Below are positions 40,275-49,232 of a stretch of DNA of 64,000 nt, in pieces. The notes beneath the pieces are model-generated. The model was not told where the DNA came from and searched no databases. It saw only the letters and a list, made by a program, of their open reading frames with translations. The stretch spans positions 62,001 to 126,000 of the forward strand of contig NZ_MWQY01000002.1 of assembly GCF_002087085.1 (NCBI RefSeq), written 5' to 3'. The translations under genes were made by a program, and so were the position numbers. Every line of letters starts with the position of its first letter. The stretch's first letter is position 1.

Positions 40275-41183
40275 ATGATCGAATCCATGCCTGTTGTTGA
40301 CGCCCATCATCACTTCTGGGACATTCCCGGGAATTACCATCCCTGGCTCTGCGATGACCCGATGATACCCTTCCGCTATGGAGATTATACCGCCCTGCGC
40401 AAACCCTTTATGCCGAGGGATTACGAATCGGCAAGCAGGAAATTCACGGTGATAAAGAGTGTCACCGTGGAAGCGGAATGGAATCCCCAGGATCCTCTGG
40501 GGGAAACCCGCTGGATACACCGGGTTGCCGATGAGTTTGGACGTCCCCATGCACATGTGGCCCAGGCATGGCTCGACAGCAGGAATGCAGAGGAGATCCT
40601 GGCCGGGCAGGCGGAATTTCCCCTTGTCCGGGGCATCCGCCACAAACCGGCTGGCTCTGAAAGACCTCTTCCGGGAACCACAGCAGAACCCGGCGGCCTG
40701 AGCGATCCCGCATTTCAGCGGGGATACTCACTTCTTGCCCGGTACGGACTCAGTTTCGACCTGCAAACCCCATGGTGGCATCTGCCGGAGGCTCTGAAAC
40801 TTGGTGAGAAATTTCCGGAAACCCTGATTATCCTGAACCACACGGGCCTTCCCAGCGACCGAAGCACCGAAGGTCTTTCCGCCTGGCGCTCTGCGATGAA
40901 GACCTTCGCACAATTCCCCAATGCAATGGTCAAAATCTCCGGTCTCGGTCTTCCGGGAAAACCCTGGCTCCTGGAGGATAACCGGGGCATTATTCTGGAT
41001 ACCCTTGAAATTTTCGGTCTCGAACGCTGCATGTTCGCCAGCAACTTTCCTGTGGACTCCCTGGTTGGGGATTTCGATACAATCTTCTCCGGCTTCCTCG
41101 AAGCGGTCCGCGATCTGGATCCTGGGGAAAAACGCAAACTGTTCGTGGAGAATGCCCTTCGCATATACCGGATAGATGCATAG
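40275..41183 (+). CDS. Amidohydrolase family protein (sugar lactonase-like)
   Basis: DAHHHFW, RGIRH, SFDL, LNHTG, VKISG, FASNFPV. Confidence 0.85.
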   Translation: MIESMPVVDAHHHFWDIPGNYHPWLCDDPMIPFRYGDYTALRKPFMPRDYESASRKFTVIKSVTVEAEWNPQDPLGETRWIHRVADEFGRPHAHVAQAWLDSRNAEEILAGQAEFPLVRGIRHKPAGSERPLPGTTAEPGGLSDPAFQRGYSLLARYGLSFDLQTPWWHLPEALKLGEKFPETLIILNHTGLPSDRSTEGLSAWRSAMKTFAQFPNAMVKISGLGLPGKPWLLEDNRGIILDTLEIFGLERCMFASNFPVDSLVGDFDTIFSGFLEAVRDLDPGEKRKLFVENALRIYRIDA

Positions 41184-41274
41184 TCCTCCGGGCGGGGGGA
41201 CGGAGACCGCGGCTGTTCGGTAAAATCCATGGTTCCGGCTTGACCTGCAGGCAAATACGGTGTAAACATAAGGC

Positions 41275-41352
41275 ATGTCTGGAATAACCTGCAGCTGTAC
41301 ACTATTCAGTACCGCAGCCGCCGCGGCCGCCCGGAGGGGAGCCGCGGTTTAA
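41275..41352 (+). CDS. Ala-rich leader peptide MSGITCSCTLFSTAAAAAARRGAAV
   Basis: ATG 41275 to TAA 41352; six consecutive Ala codons at 41314-41331 plus two more; below the ORF-track size cutoff. Confidence 0.75.
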   Translation: MSGITCSCTLFSTAAAAAARRGAAV

Positions 41353-41379
41353 GGATATTCCACAATACTGGAATCGTTC

Positions 41380-41417
41380 ACCGCGGAGACCCGGGTCAGG
41401 GTTACCGCGGTTTTTTT
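41380..41417 (+). terminator. Attenuator terminator (3:4 stem) upstream of the aminotransferase
   Basis: ACCGCGG-aGACCC...GGGTTa-CCGCGGT with a 7-T run, ending 47 nt before the gene start. Confidence 0.8.
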
Positions 41418-41464
41418 ATACCCGCCCTGACAGATCGGCCCCGGAGAACCAGAAGGAGAATCAG

Positions 41465-42763
41465 ATGAGACGACCGATTGTGTGGGACGGAGCAGGAGAA
41501 CTGCGCTACGAAATCAGGGAGATAGTCCGGGTTGCACACCGCATTGCCGCAGCAGGACTTCCTGTAGTTTATGAGAACATCGGAGACCCGGTACAAAAGG
41601 GAGAAAAGGTCCCTTCCTGGATAAAGGACATAGTGGTCTCCCTGACTCAGCAGGATACATCCTACTGTTACACCGACAGCCAGGGAGATTACGCCACCAG
41701 AGAGTTCCTTGCCGCAACGGTTTCTGCCCGCGGCGGCGCCCGGATCGGCCCGGAGGACATATACTTCTTCAACGGCCTCGGCGACGCGGTGGCCCGAATA
41801 TTCGGGTACCTTAAACGGGAAGCCCGGGTCATAGGCCCGTCGCCGGCCTACTCAACCCTCTCCTCCGCCGAAGCTTCCCATTCGGGGTATGAGCACCTTA
41901 CCTATCGGCTGGACCCCGACAATAACTGGATGCCCGATATCTCCGACATCGAAAACAAGGTCCGCTACAACCCCTCTATTGCCGGCATTCTGCTTATAAA
42001 TCCCGATAATCCCACCGGGGCAGTATACCCCAGGGAAACCATCACAGCCATGATAGATATCGCCAGGCGCTACGATCTCTTTGTCATCTGCGACGAAACC
42101 TATGCGAACATCATCTACAATCCGGACCACAGTGTACCTTTGAGCGAGGTGATCGACGGTGTCCCCGGAATGGCCCTGCGGAGCATTTCCAAGGAGTACC
42201 CCTGGCCCGGCGGACGCTGCGGATGGATCGAGGTCTACAACCAGAAACGGGACCCCGAGTTCGCACGCTATATTACCAGCATTCTCGATGCAAAACGCCT
42301 GGAGGTCTGTTCCACAACTTTGCCCCAGATGTCTATTCCCCGGGTTTTTTCCGACCCCCGCTACGCAGATCACCTGAGGTCCCGCAATGCCATCTACGAA
42401 CAACGGGCCCTGGAAGCTACCGAGATCCTTTCATCTGTTCCGGGAATGAAGGTAATCAAACCGAAAGGCGCCTTTTATATAACAGCAGTCTTCGATGAGG
42501 GGCTCCTGACGGACACCCAGAGCCTGCCCGTTAAAAATACCGAAACAGGTCAGTATCTGGATACAATCCTGCCCAGTGTCGCACCGGACAAACGCTTCGT
42601 CTACTATCTCCTGGCATCCGCAGGTATCTGCGTTGTTCCCCTCTCGGGTTTCTGCTGTGACCTTCCGGGTTTCAGGGCAACCCTGCTGGAGAGTGACGAC
42701 CGCCTGCGAAAAGAGACATGGCTGAAAATCGCCGATTCAGTACGCAGGTATACCGGGGCTTGA
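41465..42763 (+). CDS. PLP-dependent class I aminotransferase, AlaA/AlaT-like
   Basis: LRYEIR...ENIGDP (AlaA-like N-terminus), INPDNPTG, CDETY, SISKEY..PGGRCGW, PKGAFY. Confidence 0.85.
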   Translation: MRRPIVWDGAGELRYEIREIVRVAHRIAAAGLPVVYENIGDPVQKGEKVPSWIKDIVVSLTQQDTSYCYTDSQGDYATREFLAATVSARGGARIGPEDIYFFNGLGDAVARIFGYLKREARVIGPSPAYSTLSSAEASHSGYEHLTYRLDPDNNWMPDISDIENKVRYNPSIAGILLINPDNPTGAVYPRETITAMIDIARRYDLFVICDETYANIIYNPDHSVPLSEVIDGVPGMALRSISKEYPWPGGRCGWIEVYNQKRDPEFARYITSILDAKRLEVCSTTLPQMSIPRVFSDPRYADHLRSRNAIYEQRALEATEILSSVPGMKVIKPKGAFYITAVFDEGLLTDTQSLPVKNTETGQYLDTILPSVAPDKRFVYYLLASAGICVVPLSGFCCDLPGFRATLLESDDRLRKETWLKIADSVRRYTGA

Positions 42764-42841
42764 TCTGCCCCGGCGCTATTAATTAAGGTATAGGGGGTCT
42801 GCAGCAGCCCTGTTTTGTTGCAGGCTTAAGGAGACGGAAAG

Positions 42842-43432
42842 GTGATTAAATCGGCCCTTGAGATTGCTTTGGAACGGACAAAGGGGATTGAAGTAGATAA
42901 GAAGAGCCTGGCAGCCCATGATAAGACTGAAGAGGGTAAACGCCTGACCGGCAAGTTTCTTGCCGGCGACCTCAGTTCGAAGGAACTGTCGGCGGCGCTC
43001 ACGGAAGCAAAGAATGAGGAAGCCGAATGGCTCAGGGAGGGCAGCTTCTCAGTACTCGCTGCGAATCTGACCCTGCCCCAGGATGAGAGCTATAAAGAGA
43101 GACTCGAACGGGTACGGGAAGGACTTGTTGCCGTTACCGGGCAGAAAAAGCAGGTAAGCTACCTCTTTGAACAGGTGGAGCAGTTCTTTGAACAATACCT
43201 GGAAAACCAGGAGCAGCTCATACAGGCCCTGGAAAAGCAGTTTGCCCCTCGGCTGCGCCAGAGGGAGCAGGAAATGGAACGTCAGTTCGGACAGAGGGTA
43301 AGCCTCAATCCGGCCCAGGATCCGGAATTTTCGAAAATGCTGAAGCAGCATCTGGGAAAACTGGAAGCCCAGTACAGCGAGGCCCTCAAACAGGCAAAAG
43401 ATCAGTTGCGGGCCCTCTTTCAATCCCGTTAA
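42842..43432 (+). CDS. Hypothetical helical protein
   Basis: IKSALEIALERT N-terminus, AAGGAG RBS, coiled-coil-like composition. Confidence 0.7.
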   Translation: MIKSALEIALERTKGIEVDKKSLAAHDKTEEGKRLTGKFLAGDLSSKELSAALTEAKNEEAEWLREGSFSVLAANLTLPQDESYKERLERVREGLVAVTGQKKQVSYLFEQVEQFFEQYLENQEQLIQALEKQFAPRLRQREQEMERQFGQRVSLNPAQDPEFSKMLKQHLGKLEAQYSEALKQAKDQLRALFQSR

Positions 43433-43433
43433 A

Positions 43434-44795
43434 TTACCGCCCGCCTTTACTGCCCGAGAAAAACACACCGGGCAGGCGGGTGTAATATTCCAGAGAACGG
43501 TACAGACTGGAAAGGGAAATCCTTTCATCGACTCCGTGAAGCATTCCGGAAAAACGGTCCAGGGTCATTTCATCCCCGAAAAGGGAGAATCCGTACACCC
43601 GGGTTCCCCGGCGACGCCAGAAACGGCCGTCGGTTGCACCGCTTATAAGAATGGGAAGAATATCCGCATCCGAACGAAGGTCCTTCAGCAGTAGCCTGCT
43701 GGCCTCGACCAGGGGGCCCGAGGCAGGAGAGATGGTGGGAGGAAAGTACTCCAGGACTTCGATTTCTATCCTGTCTTTCAATCCGCGAAGCCGGGATTTC
43801 AGCCGCTTCAGTACAGTGTCCAGGTCCTCCCCCGGTATGATTCTGATATCCAGATCCAGGTGGGCCTCTCCGGGAATCACATTGATCTTCGAACCCCCTT
43901 CGATAATCCCGATGCTCGAGGTTGTGGAAGACGCGGCATGAAGCCAGCGGGCGGCCCCGGGGCTCCGTCTGTATATCCGCTTCAGACCCAGCCCGCGCAG
44001 GGGGGCCATTGTTAAAAGCAGCTCCTCCCACAGGGAAGCTGAAGCCCCGCGGGCCATGCTGCGAAAAAGGAGTCCCGGTCGATGGGGAAAACGCAGATGC
44101 CCCAGTCTTTCTCCTGCCTGTATGAGGGTATCAATGGCATTGCTGCTGCCGAAGGGGATGCTTCCGTGTCCGGACACGCCGCGGGCCGTAAGACGTATCC
44201 AGGCAACCCCTTTTTCCCCGATTCCCAGAGCGGCAGATTCTCCCCGGCGACCGGAAATAAAGAAGCCGCCGATCTCGGAAACCATATAATCGCAGGCCAC
44301 CGCGTCCCAATGCTCATCTGTCAGCCAGCGGGCTCCGTATGTCCCCGAAGCCTCCTCATCCGCAAGAGCCAGATAGAGCAGGTCGCCGGGAAAAGGCCCG
44401 TTCCGCGTTACCGCTTCGGCAAAACCCACGGCCTGGGCTGCAGTCATATTCAGCATATCCACGGTGCCCCGGCCCCAGACTTCACCGTCCAGAAGCTCCC
44501 CACCGAAGGGATCCCGCTTCCAGTCAGCAGCCTCTGCGGGGACTACATCGGTGTGTCCCATAAAGGCCAGGGACGGTGCGGCCGGATCGGTCCCCGGTAT
44601 TCGAAGAACAAGATTTCCCCGTCCGGGAACCTTCTCAAAGATTTCTGCCTTTAACCCATAGCCCTGAAAAAAGCGGCGCAAGCTTTCAGCAGAGCGGGAT
44701 TCATGTCCGCCGTTTCCATTGTTGACGCAGGAGTTTCGGATAAGTTCCTGCAGAAGCCTGACCAGGACCTCCCGGGGATTCCTAGTGGGAACCAT
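43434..44795 (-). CDS. M20/M25/M40 family metallopeptidase
   Basis: GHTDVVPA, WGRGTVDM, ADEE, GHGS, GATD, HGVDER. Confidence 0.9.
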   Translation of the reverse strand: MVPTRNPREVLVRLLQELIRNSCVNNGNGGHESRSAESLRRFFQGYGLKAEIFEKVPGRGNLVLRIPGTDPAAPSLAFMGHTDVVPAEAADWKRDPFGGELLDGEVWGRGTVDMLNMTAAQAVGFAEAVTRNGPFPGDLLYLALADEEASGTYGARWLTDEHWDAVACDYMVSEIGGFFISGRRGESAALGIGEKGVAWIRLTARGVSGHGSIPFGSSNAIDTLIQAGERLGHLRFPHRPGLLFRSMARGASASLWEELLLTMAPLRGLGLKRIYRRSPGAARWLHAASSTTSSIGIIEGGSKINVIPGEAHLDLDIRIIPGEDLDTVLKRLKSRLRGLKDRIEIEVLEYFPPTISPASGPLVEASRLLLKDLRSDADILPILISGATDGRFWRRRGTRVYGFSLFGDEMTLDRFSGMLHGVDERISLSSLYRSLEYYTRLPGVFFSGSKGGR

Positions 44796-46452
44796 CTATT
44801 ATCTTCAGCCACGAAGGGGGTATCATGGTTACCGGCAGAATAAAAGCCAGCTTCCCCTCACCGTCGCTGTAGAAGGAGGTGGGAATTCCGAGGAGTTCTC
44901 CAAAGGCGTTGAAAACGGACCCCCCGGAATTGCCGAAGGAGACTTCCGCATCGGTCTTGACATAGGTTCCTGTTGGGGTCTTCTCAAATCCCGAAATGAT
45001 TCCCCTGGTAAGGGTGATGGAGACCCTGGAACCTGCACCGCCGTTGGAGGGATATCCAAGAATGGAGACGGGCTGTCCAAGACGCAGACGGTTGGCATCT
45101 CCAAGATTGAAGAAGGGAAAAATATAATTCCGGGGAAGCGGCTGACCGTAACGTCCGGAGCTGATCTTTACAAGGGCCAGGTCAAGAGCCTCATCGTAAC
45201 GGACGACCTCTCCCCGGAAGAGCTCCTGGGGCGGGATATGCTGATTCAGGGTGGCGGCTATATAAACATCCCGGGAGGGCTGGTTTTCCGCATCCCGAAC
45301 GACATGCCAGTTGGTAAGCAGATAACCGTCAGAGGAGACGAGGCTGCCGGAACCTCGTCCCTGGCTGCCGATGACCTCGACGGTTGATCCCACCGCATGC
45401 TCCACCGGGTCATCCGGATCAGGGATGGGTGGCAGGGCAAGAAGATCCTCAGGAGCTTCAGCATCCCTGGAGCTTTTCATGGTGAAGGCTACGGGGAAAC
45501 TGTCAGCAACCTGATCGACAACCAGCACATGGTAGGTTCCGGTGCGAAAGGATGGCGAAGAGTTTCGGTCTATCACAATAGCTTCCCGGCCCAGGAGACT
45601 TTCGCTCCTGTACTCGGCATTTTCGGGGTTTATACCGGGGTTATTGTAAGAGATAAAGAGGTCGATATCCCCGCTTGTGTCACTGATGTCGATGCGCAGG
45701 GCGGAGTCCCATCCCTCGGTCCTGACGGCATAGAGCTTCATCATCCCCTCGTCGGGCTTGAGGATTCCCGAAACCTCATCCCCTGAGGATATCCGCTCTG
45801 TTACAGTGAGCCGTTCATAGTTGACTGAAAGACTGAATCCGATCTCATTCAGGTACCTGCCGTTCCGGCGGGGCGGCCTTTCTCTCTGGTAGGCCACATC
45901 CAGGTAGTATTCCCCGTCATAGAGCCCCTCTTCGCCAAATCGGGAGAGCACCAGGGTTTCATTGTAATCGTCGCTGATGGCCTTGGCGTCCACCATGGAG
46001 TAATCGAGAATATCCGCCCCGTGGCGCACAAACAGGTCCAGATCGCCCCGGGCGTCGTCAAGGGTTATAACGACCCGCATCGCTTCAGGAGGCACATTGA
46101 AGCGGTAGGTGGCGAAATTCACCCCCGAGGAGAGATCGATTCTCCCTTCGACCCGTCGCCCGGATTCCAGCAGGGGCGGGAGTACCGGTGCGGGTTCAAA
46201 TTCCGGCTGCTCTTGAGCGTCAGGCCCTTCATCCTCCACCTGATCGGTATCTGCAGGTTCTGCAGCTTCATCTGAAGGAAGAGTATGAGTACCAGGTTCC
46301 ATGAACACGGGAGGAGAAGTCTCTTCCCGGATCTGGTTGTTATCCTGCTCCTGCGAAACCAGGGGCTGAAGAATAAGGCAGAATGCAAACAGCAGAAAAG
46401 ACAGCTTAATTACGAAACCATTGGTCGTGGCATGGGGGAAGCGGGTATTCAC
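44782..46452 (-). CDS. Secreted trypsin-like serine protease with N-terminal PPC-like domains
   Basis: Signal peptide; two GD(L/I)DLF repeats; LTNWHVV, DLAL, GNSGG. Confidence 0.85.
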   Translation of the reverse strand: MNTRFPHATTNGFVIKLSFLLFAFCLILQPLVSQEQDNNQIREETSPPVFMEPGTHTLPSDEAAEPADTDQVEDEGPDAQEQPEFEPAPVLPPLLESGRRVEGRIDLSSGVNFATYRFNVPPEAMRVVITLDDARGDLDLFVRHGADILDYSMVDAKAISDDYNETLVLSRFGEEGLYDGEYYLDVAYQRERPPRRNGRYLNEIGFSLSVNYERLTVTERISSGDEVSGILKPDEGMMKLYAVRTEGWDSALRIDISDTSGDIDLFISYNNPGINPENAEYRSESLLGREAIVIDRNSSPSFRTGTYHVLVVDQVADSFPVAFTMKSSRDAEAPEDLLALPPIPDPDDPVEHAVGSTVEVIGSQGRGSGSLVSSDGYLLTNWHVVRDAENQPSRDVYIAATLNQHIPPQELFRGEVVRYDEALDLALVKISSGRYGQPLPRNYIFPFFNLGDANRLRLGQPVSILGYPSNGGAGSRVSITLTRGIISGFEKTPTGTYVKTDAEVSFGNSGGSVFNAFGELLGIPTSFYSDGEGKLAFILPVTMIPPSWLKIIDGSH

Positions 46453-46589
46453 AGTGAATGATCTCCCGGAAAAAGATGTTGATAGCCATCATAGTAGCAC
46501 AAGAAAGGGGAAAATGCACAGCGAATACCAACACTCTCCATGACAATCAGGAGTTCAAACCCGACCTGATTGTATTATTCAATTTTTTC

Positions 46590-47591
46590 TCAGGTATATT
46601 CTCCTGTTCCGGCATCAACAAGCACATGCCCGTCTTCGAGGACCGGGTTACCATCGATGGAAAGGGTCGGTCGCTGGAGTATGCCGTCGATATGCCCCTT
46701 GGCTTTGACAAGTCCGCCCAGATTCGCGCTGGTCCCTATGCCGAAATGTACCGTACCCCAGGCACCGTGGTCGTTGACGATGAGACCCGTGAGGGTTCTG
46801 ATTCTGGGATTCAGCCCCAGGGCGAGCTGGGCAACATGGTACACACTTGGGTCCTTCTGGGCTTTCCAGAGGGTATCCAGGTTTCGGGCATCGGTGCCGC
46901 CCTCGACGGCAACCACGCTTCCGTTCTTTACTGTCAGTTTTATGGGTTCCCGAAGTACGCCCCGTTCAGCTCCGCGGAGATTAGGTACGGATCCGTCGAT
47001 AACGATGCTGCCCTCCACGTTCACCGGGGCGATGTTCGCCTCGATGTTGGGGACCCCGGTAAATATACCCGGCTTGTCCGCCACACAGCAGTGGGAATTC
47101 CCCGGTCTGCCCTGAATATTGATGACAACATCGGTTCCCGCCGGATTGGTCAGCCGGACCTCGTTTCCGTCTCCCAGCATTTCGGCGACAAGATCGCAGA
47201 GGGGCTTCATTCTGTCAAAATCCTCTTCGATGCCCCCCTCCATGAGGATCTCGGGAGCACATCCGGCCATACTGACTATACGGGTTCCCTGCTTCAGGGC
47301 ATCTTTAGTGGCGGCGGTATGGGCTATATCCCGCATGGTGGGAAAAATCACTATGTCCGCGGCGGCCATGGCCCCGGCGATGACTGCCGGCGGCTCTTCG
47401 CCGTCCCATTCCCGGGGCCGCATTACGGAGACCACGGTTTCACAGCCTGCGGTCTCCCCTGCGGCACTCAGAGCTTCCGCAACGGAGATCAGGGTCGGGT
47501 CGGTGATGATCAGCAGCTTCTCCGACTCTCTGGCCTTGACACAGCGACGGATTATCTTTTCAGCGCCCTTTGCCATCAGCATCGCGTTCAT
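46590..47591 (-). CDS. M29/aminopeptidase-like metallohydrolase
   Basis: AGTDV, EANIAP, GSIVIDGS, LALGLNP, GTVHFGIG, HIDG. Confidence 0.7.
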   Translation of the reverse strand: MNAMLMAKGAEKIIRRCVKARESEKLLIITDPTLISVAEALSAAGETAGCETVVSVMRPREWDGEEPPAVIAGAMAAADIVIFPTMRDIAHTAATKDALKQGTRIVSMAGCAPEILMEGGIEEDFDRMKPLCDLVAEMLGDGNEVRLTNPAGTDVVINIQGRPGNSHCCVADKPGIFTGVPNIEANIAPVNVEGSIVIDGSVPNLRGAERGVLREPIKLTVKNGSVVAVEGGTDARNLDTLWKAQKDPSVYHVAQLALGLNPRIRTLTGLIVNDHGAWGTVHFGIGTSANLGGLVKAKGHIDGILQRPTLSIDGNPVLEDGHVLVDAGTGEYT

Positions 47592-47611
47592 ATGGACCTC
47601 CTCTGCTCCGG

Positions 47612-48256
47612 TTACACTATGGATTCGACCTCTTTTCCCACCATTACATCGATTATCTCCGCCGCCCGGGCTGGATTAAAAACACCGCAGATACAGCATT
47701 TCGCCAGCTCTTTTCCGGCGGCTTCGGAGCTCATGCGCCCTTTCCTTACCCTGTCCACAAGGGAAGTAATAAGATCAAAGGAGACAAGATGGTGTCCGCA
47801 CATGGTGGCGATTTCCAGGACTTTCGGATTGGGCAGTTTTTCCAGCTTTCCTTTTATTCCCAGGGACTGGACAATAGTGTGGGGTTTAAGCTCAGCAGCC
47901 CTGCAGCACTCTTCAACATGGTCCATGAGACCGCCGACGGTAACCGACAGCCCAAGATCGGCCTTTTTCAGCTCCACAAGTACATCGATAAGCTGCTCCC
48001 GGGTACGATAAACCGCGTGAACAAGTTCGTTCTCCACCAGAATCTTTTTTACTTCCTCGTCCCCGCCCAGGGAGAATCGGCTGCCGCCCTTGGAATCCCC
48101 GATATTCACCGGGTCGTGACGCATGAAGATTTCAAGTGCTTTCTGCAGTTTCGGCAGAGAACCCTCGGAGTTCAAACCGCTGGAGGGCATGGCAAGTATC
48201 GTATAATCCTTTGCAAGGGACTCTTCGTTTCCCTGTCGGTGCAATGTATGTGTCAT
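47612..48256 (-). CDS. Hypothetical Cys-rich protein (neighbour of the 4Fe-4S protein)
   Basis: MTHTLHR, TMCGHH, CCICGVFN motifs; GGAAGGA RBS. Confidence 0.7.
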   Translation of the reverse strand: MTHTLHRQGNEESLAKDYTILAMPSSGLNSEGSLPKLQKALEIFMRHDPVNIGDSKGGSRFSLGGDEEVKKILVENELVHAVYRTREQLIDVLVELKKADLGLSVTVGGLMDHVEECCRAAELKPHTIVQSLGIKGKLEKLPNPKVLEIATMCGHHLVSFDLITSLVDRVRKGRMSSEAAGKELAKCCICGVFNPARAAEIIDVMVGKEVESIV

Positions 48257-48275
48257 CTAATCCTTCCTTATTTTC

Positions 48276-48989
48276 TCAGGCTGATACAACAGGGGGCTTC
48301 CCCAAACCTACGTTGATCTTTGCGTTGGGACGATAGTAGATACCGGCTTCAGAAAGGAGTTCTTCCGCCTCCCAGACATCCCCCTTCCTGCAGCTGGCTA
48401 CATCAAGGCTGAAGACCGTATCCATTGTTTTTGAGGTCTCCTCTATTACACGGATAACATCGAGGAAACGACTTTTGGGTACACTGATCTCGATAATGGC
48501 GGATATTACCTTTTCATCCAGGATCTCCGGGGGGAGTTTTCCTGTCTTTTTATCAATGAGATTTGTAAGGGGATTCTTCGGTTCGAACTCGACCCCTTCC
48601 TTCATGAGGGCAACGGACATTTTCTCAAGTTCCCGCAGCCGGGAACAGACCCCGGGTCTTCCCACTTCGATGGCGATACCGATATGACCGGGTTTGAAAC
48701 GTCCGGTGACATCATTGGTCTTGATTTCTTCGGTTCCCCTGCCGGCGAGGCCGGTTTCCTTGTGGATATTCAGCGGATCGCTGTAGATGGCCCGTACGCT
48801 CCGGGGCCACTCCAGGGGCTGCTGATAAAAGGCATCCGACGGACAGACCTTTACCCGATAACAGACACCGCACTCAACGCACTCATCCAGGTTTATCTTT
48901 GCCTTCTTCCCCTCGATGTAGATCGCTCCTGCCGTACAATAGGGAACGCATTTTCTGCATCCTATACACTTATCCTGATCGATGAGCAT
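48276..48989 (-). CDS. 4Fe-4S dicluster protein of unknown function
   Basis: CIGCRKCVPYC and CVECGVC....CP; C-terminal domain with GRGTEEIKTNDVTGR. Confidence 0.8.
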   Translation of the reverse strand: MLIDQDKCIGCRKCVPYCTAGAIYIEGKKAKINLDECVECGVCYRVKVCPSDAFYQQPLEWPRSVRAIYSDPLNIHKETGLAGRGTEEIKTNDVTGRFKPGHIGIAIEVGRPGVCSRLRELEKMSVALMKEGVEFEPKNPLTNLIDKKTGKLPPEILDEKVISAIIEISVPKSRFLDVIRVIEETSKTMDTVFSLDVASCRKGDVWEAEELLSEAGIYYRPNAKINVGLGKPPVVSA

Positions 48990-49060
48990 ATATTATCTCC
49001 TTAAAAATCCTTTCACTGTTCTCATGGTTCAGACCATTCGTTGAACAGCACATATCAGTC

Positions 49061-49076
49061 AGCAAGGATCATGCCA
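49061..49076 (-). promoter_or_regulatory. sigma54 -24/-12 promoter
   Basis: Minus strand TGGCATGATCCTTGCT. Confidence 0.85.
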
Positions 49077-49232
49077 ATTTCGGAAACAGAAACGCCAAAG
49101 GTAATTCTTTACACAGGTAGCAGTTATAAATGTCAGGGCGATGAATCCGGTGATTTCTTTCCGGCAGGGGCTCCTGGTTTGCACGCCTACATTGAAAACT
49201 TGCATAAATGCAAAAAATGTGTCGTGAAAACT

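Noticed and set aside
41184..41464. T-box or metabolite riboswitch upstream of the aminotransferase
   Set aside because: No T-box UGGNACC bulge or recognisable aptamer seen; the uORF plus four-segment pairing explains the leader better. An Rfam scan would confirm.
46458..48011. 517-aa plus-strand ORF
   Set aside because: Antisense to two motif-bearing minus-strand genes.
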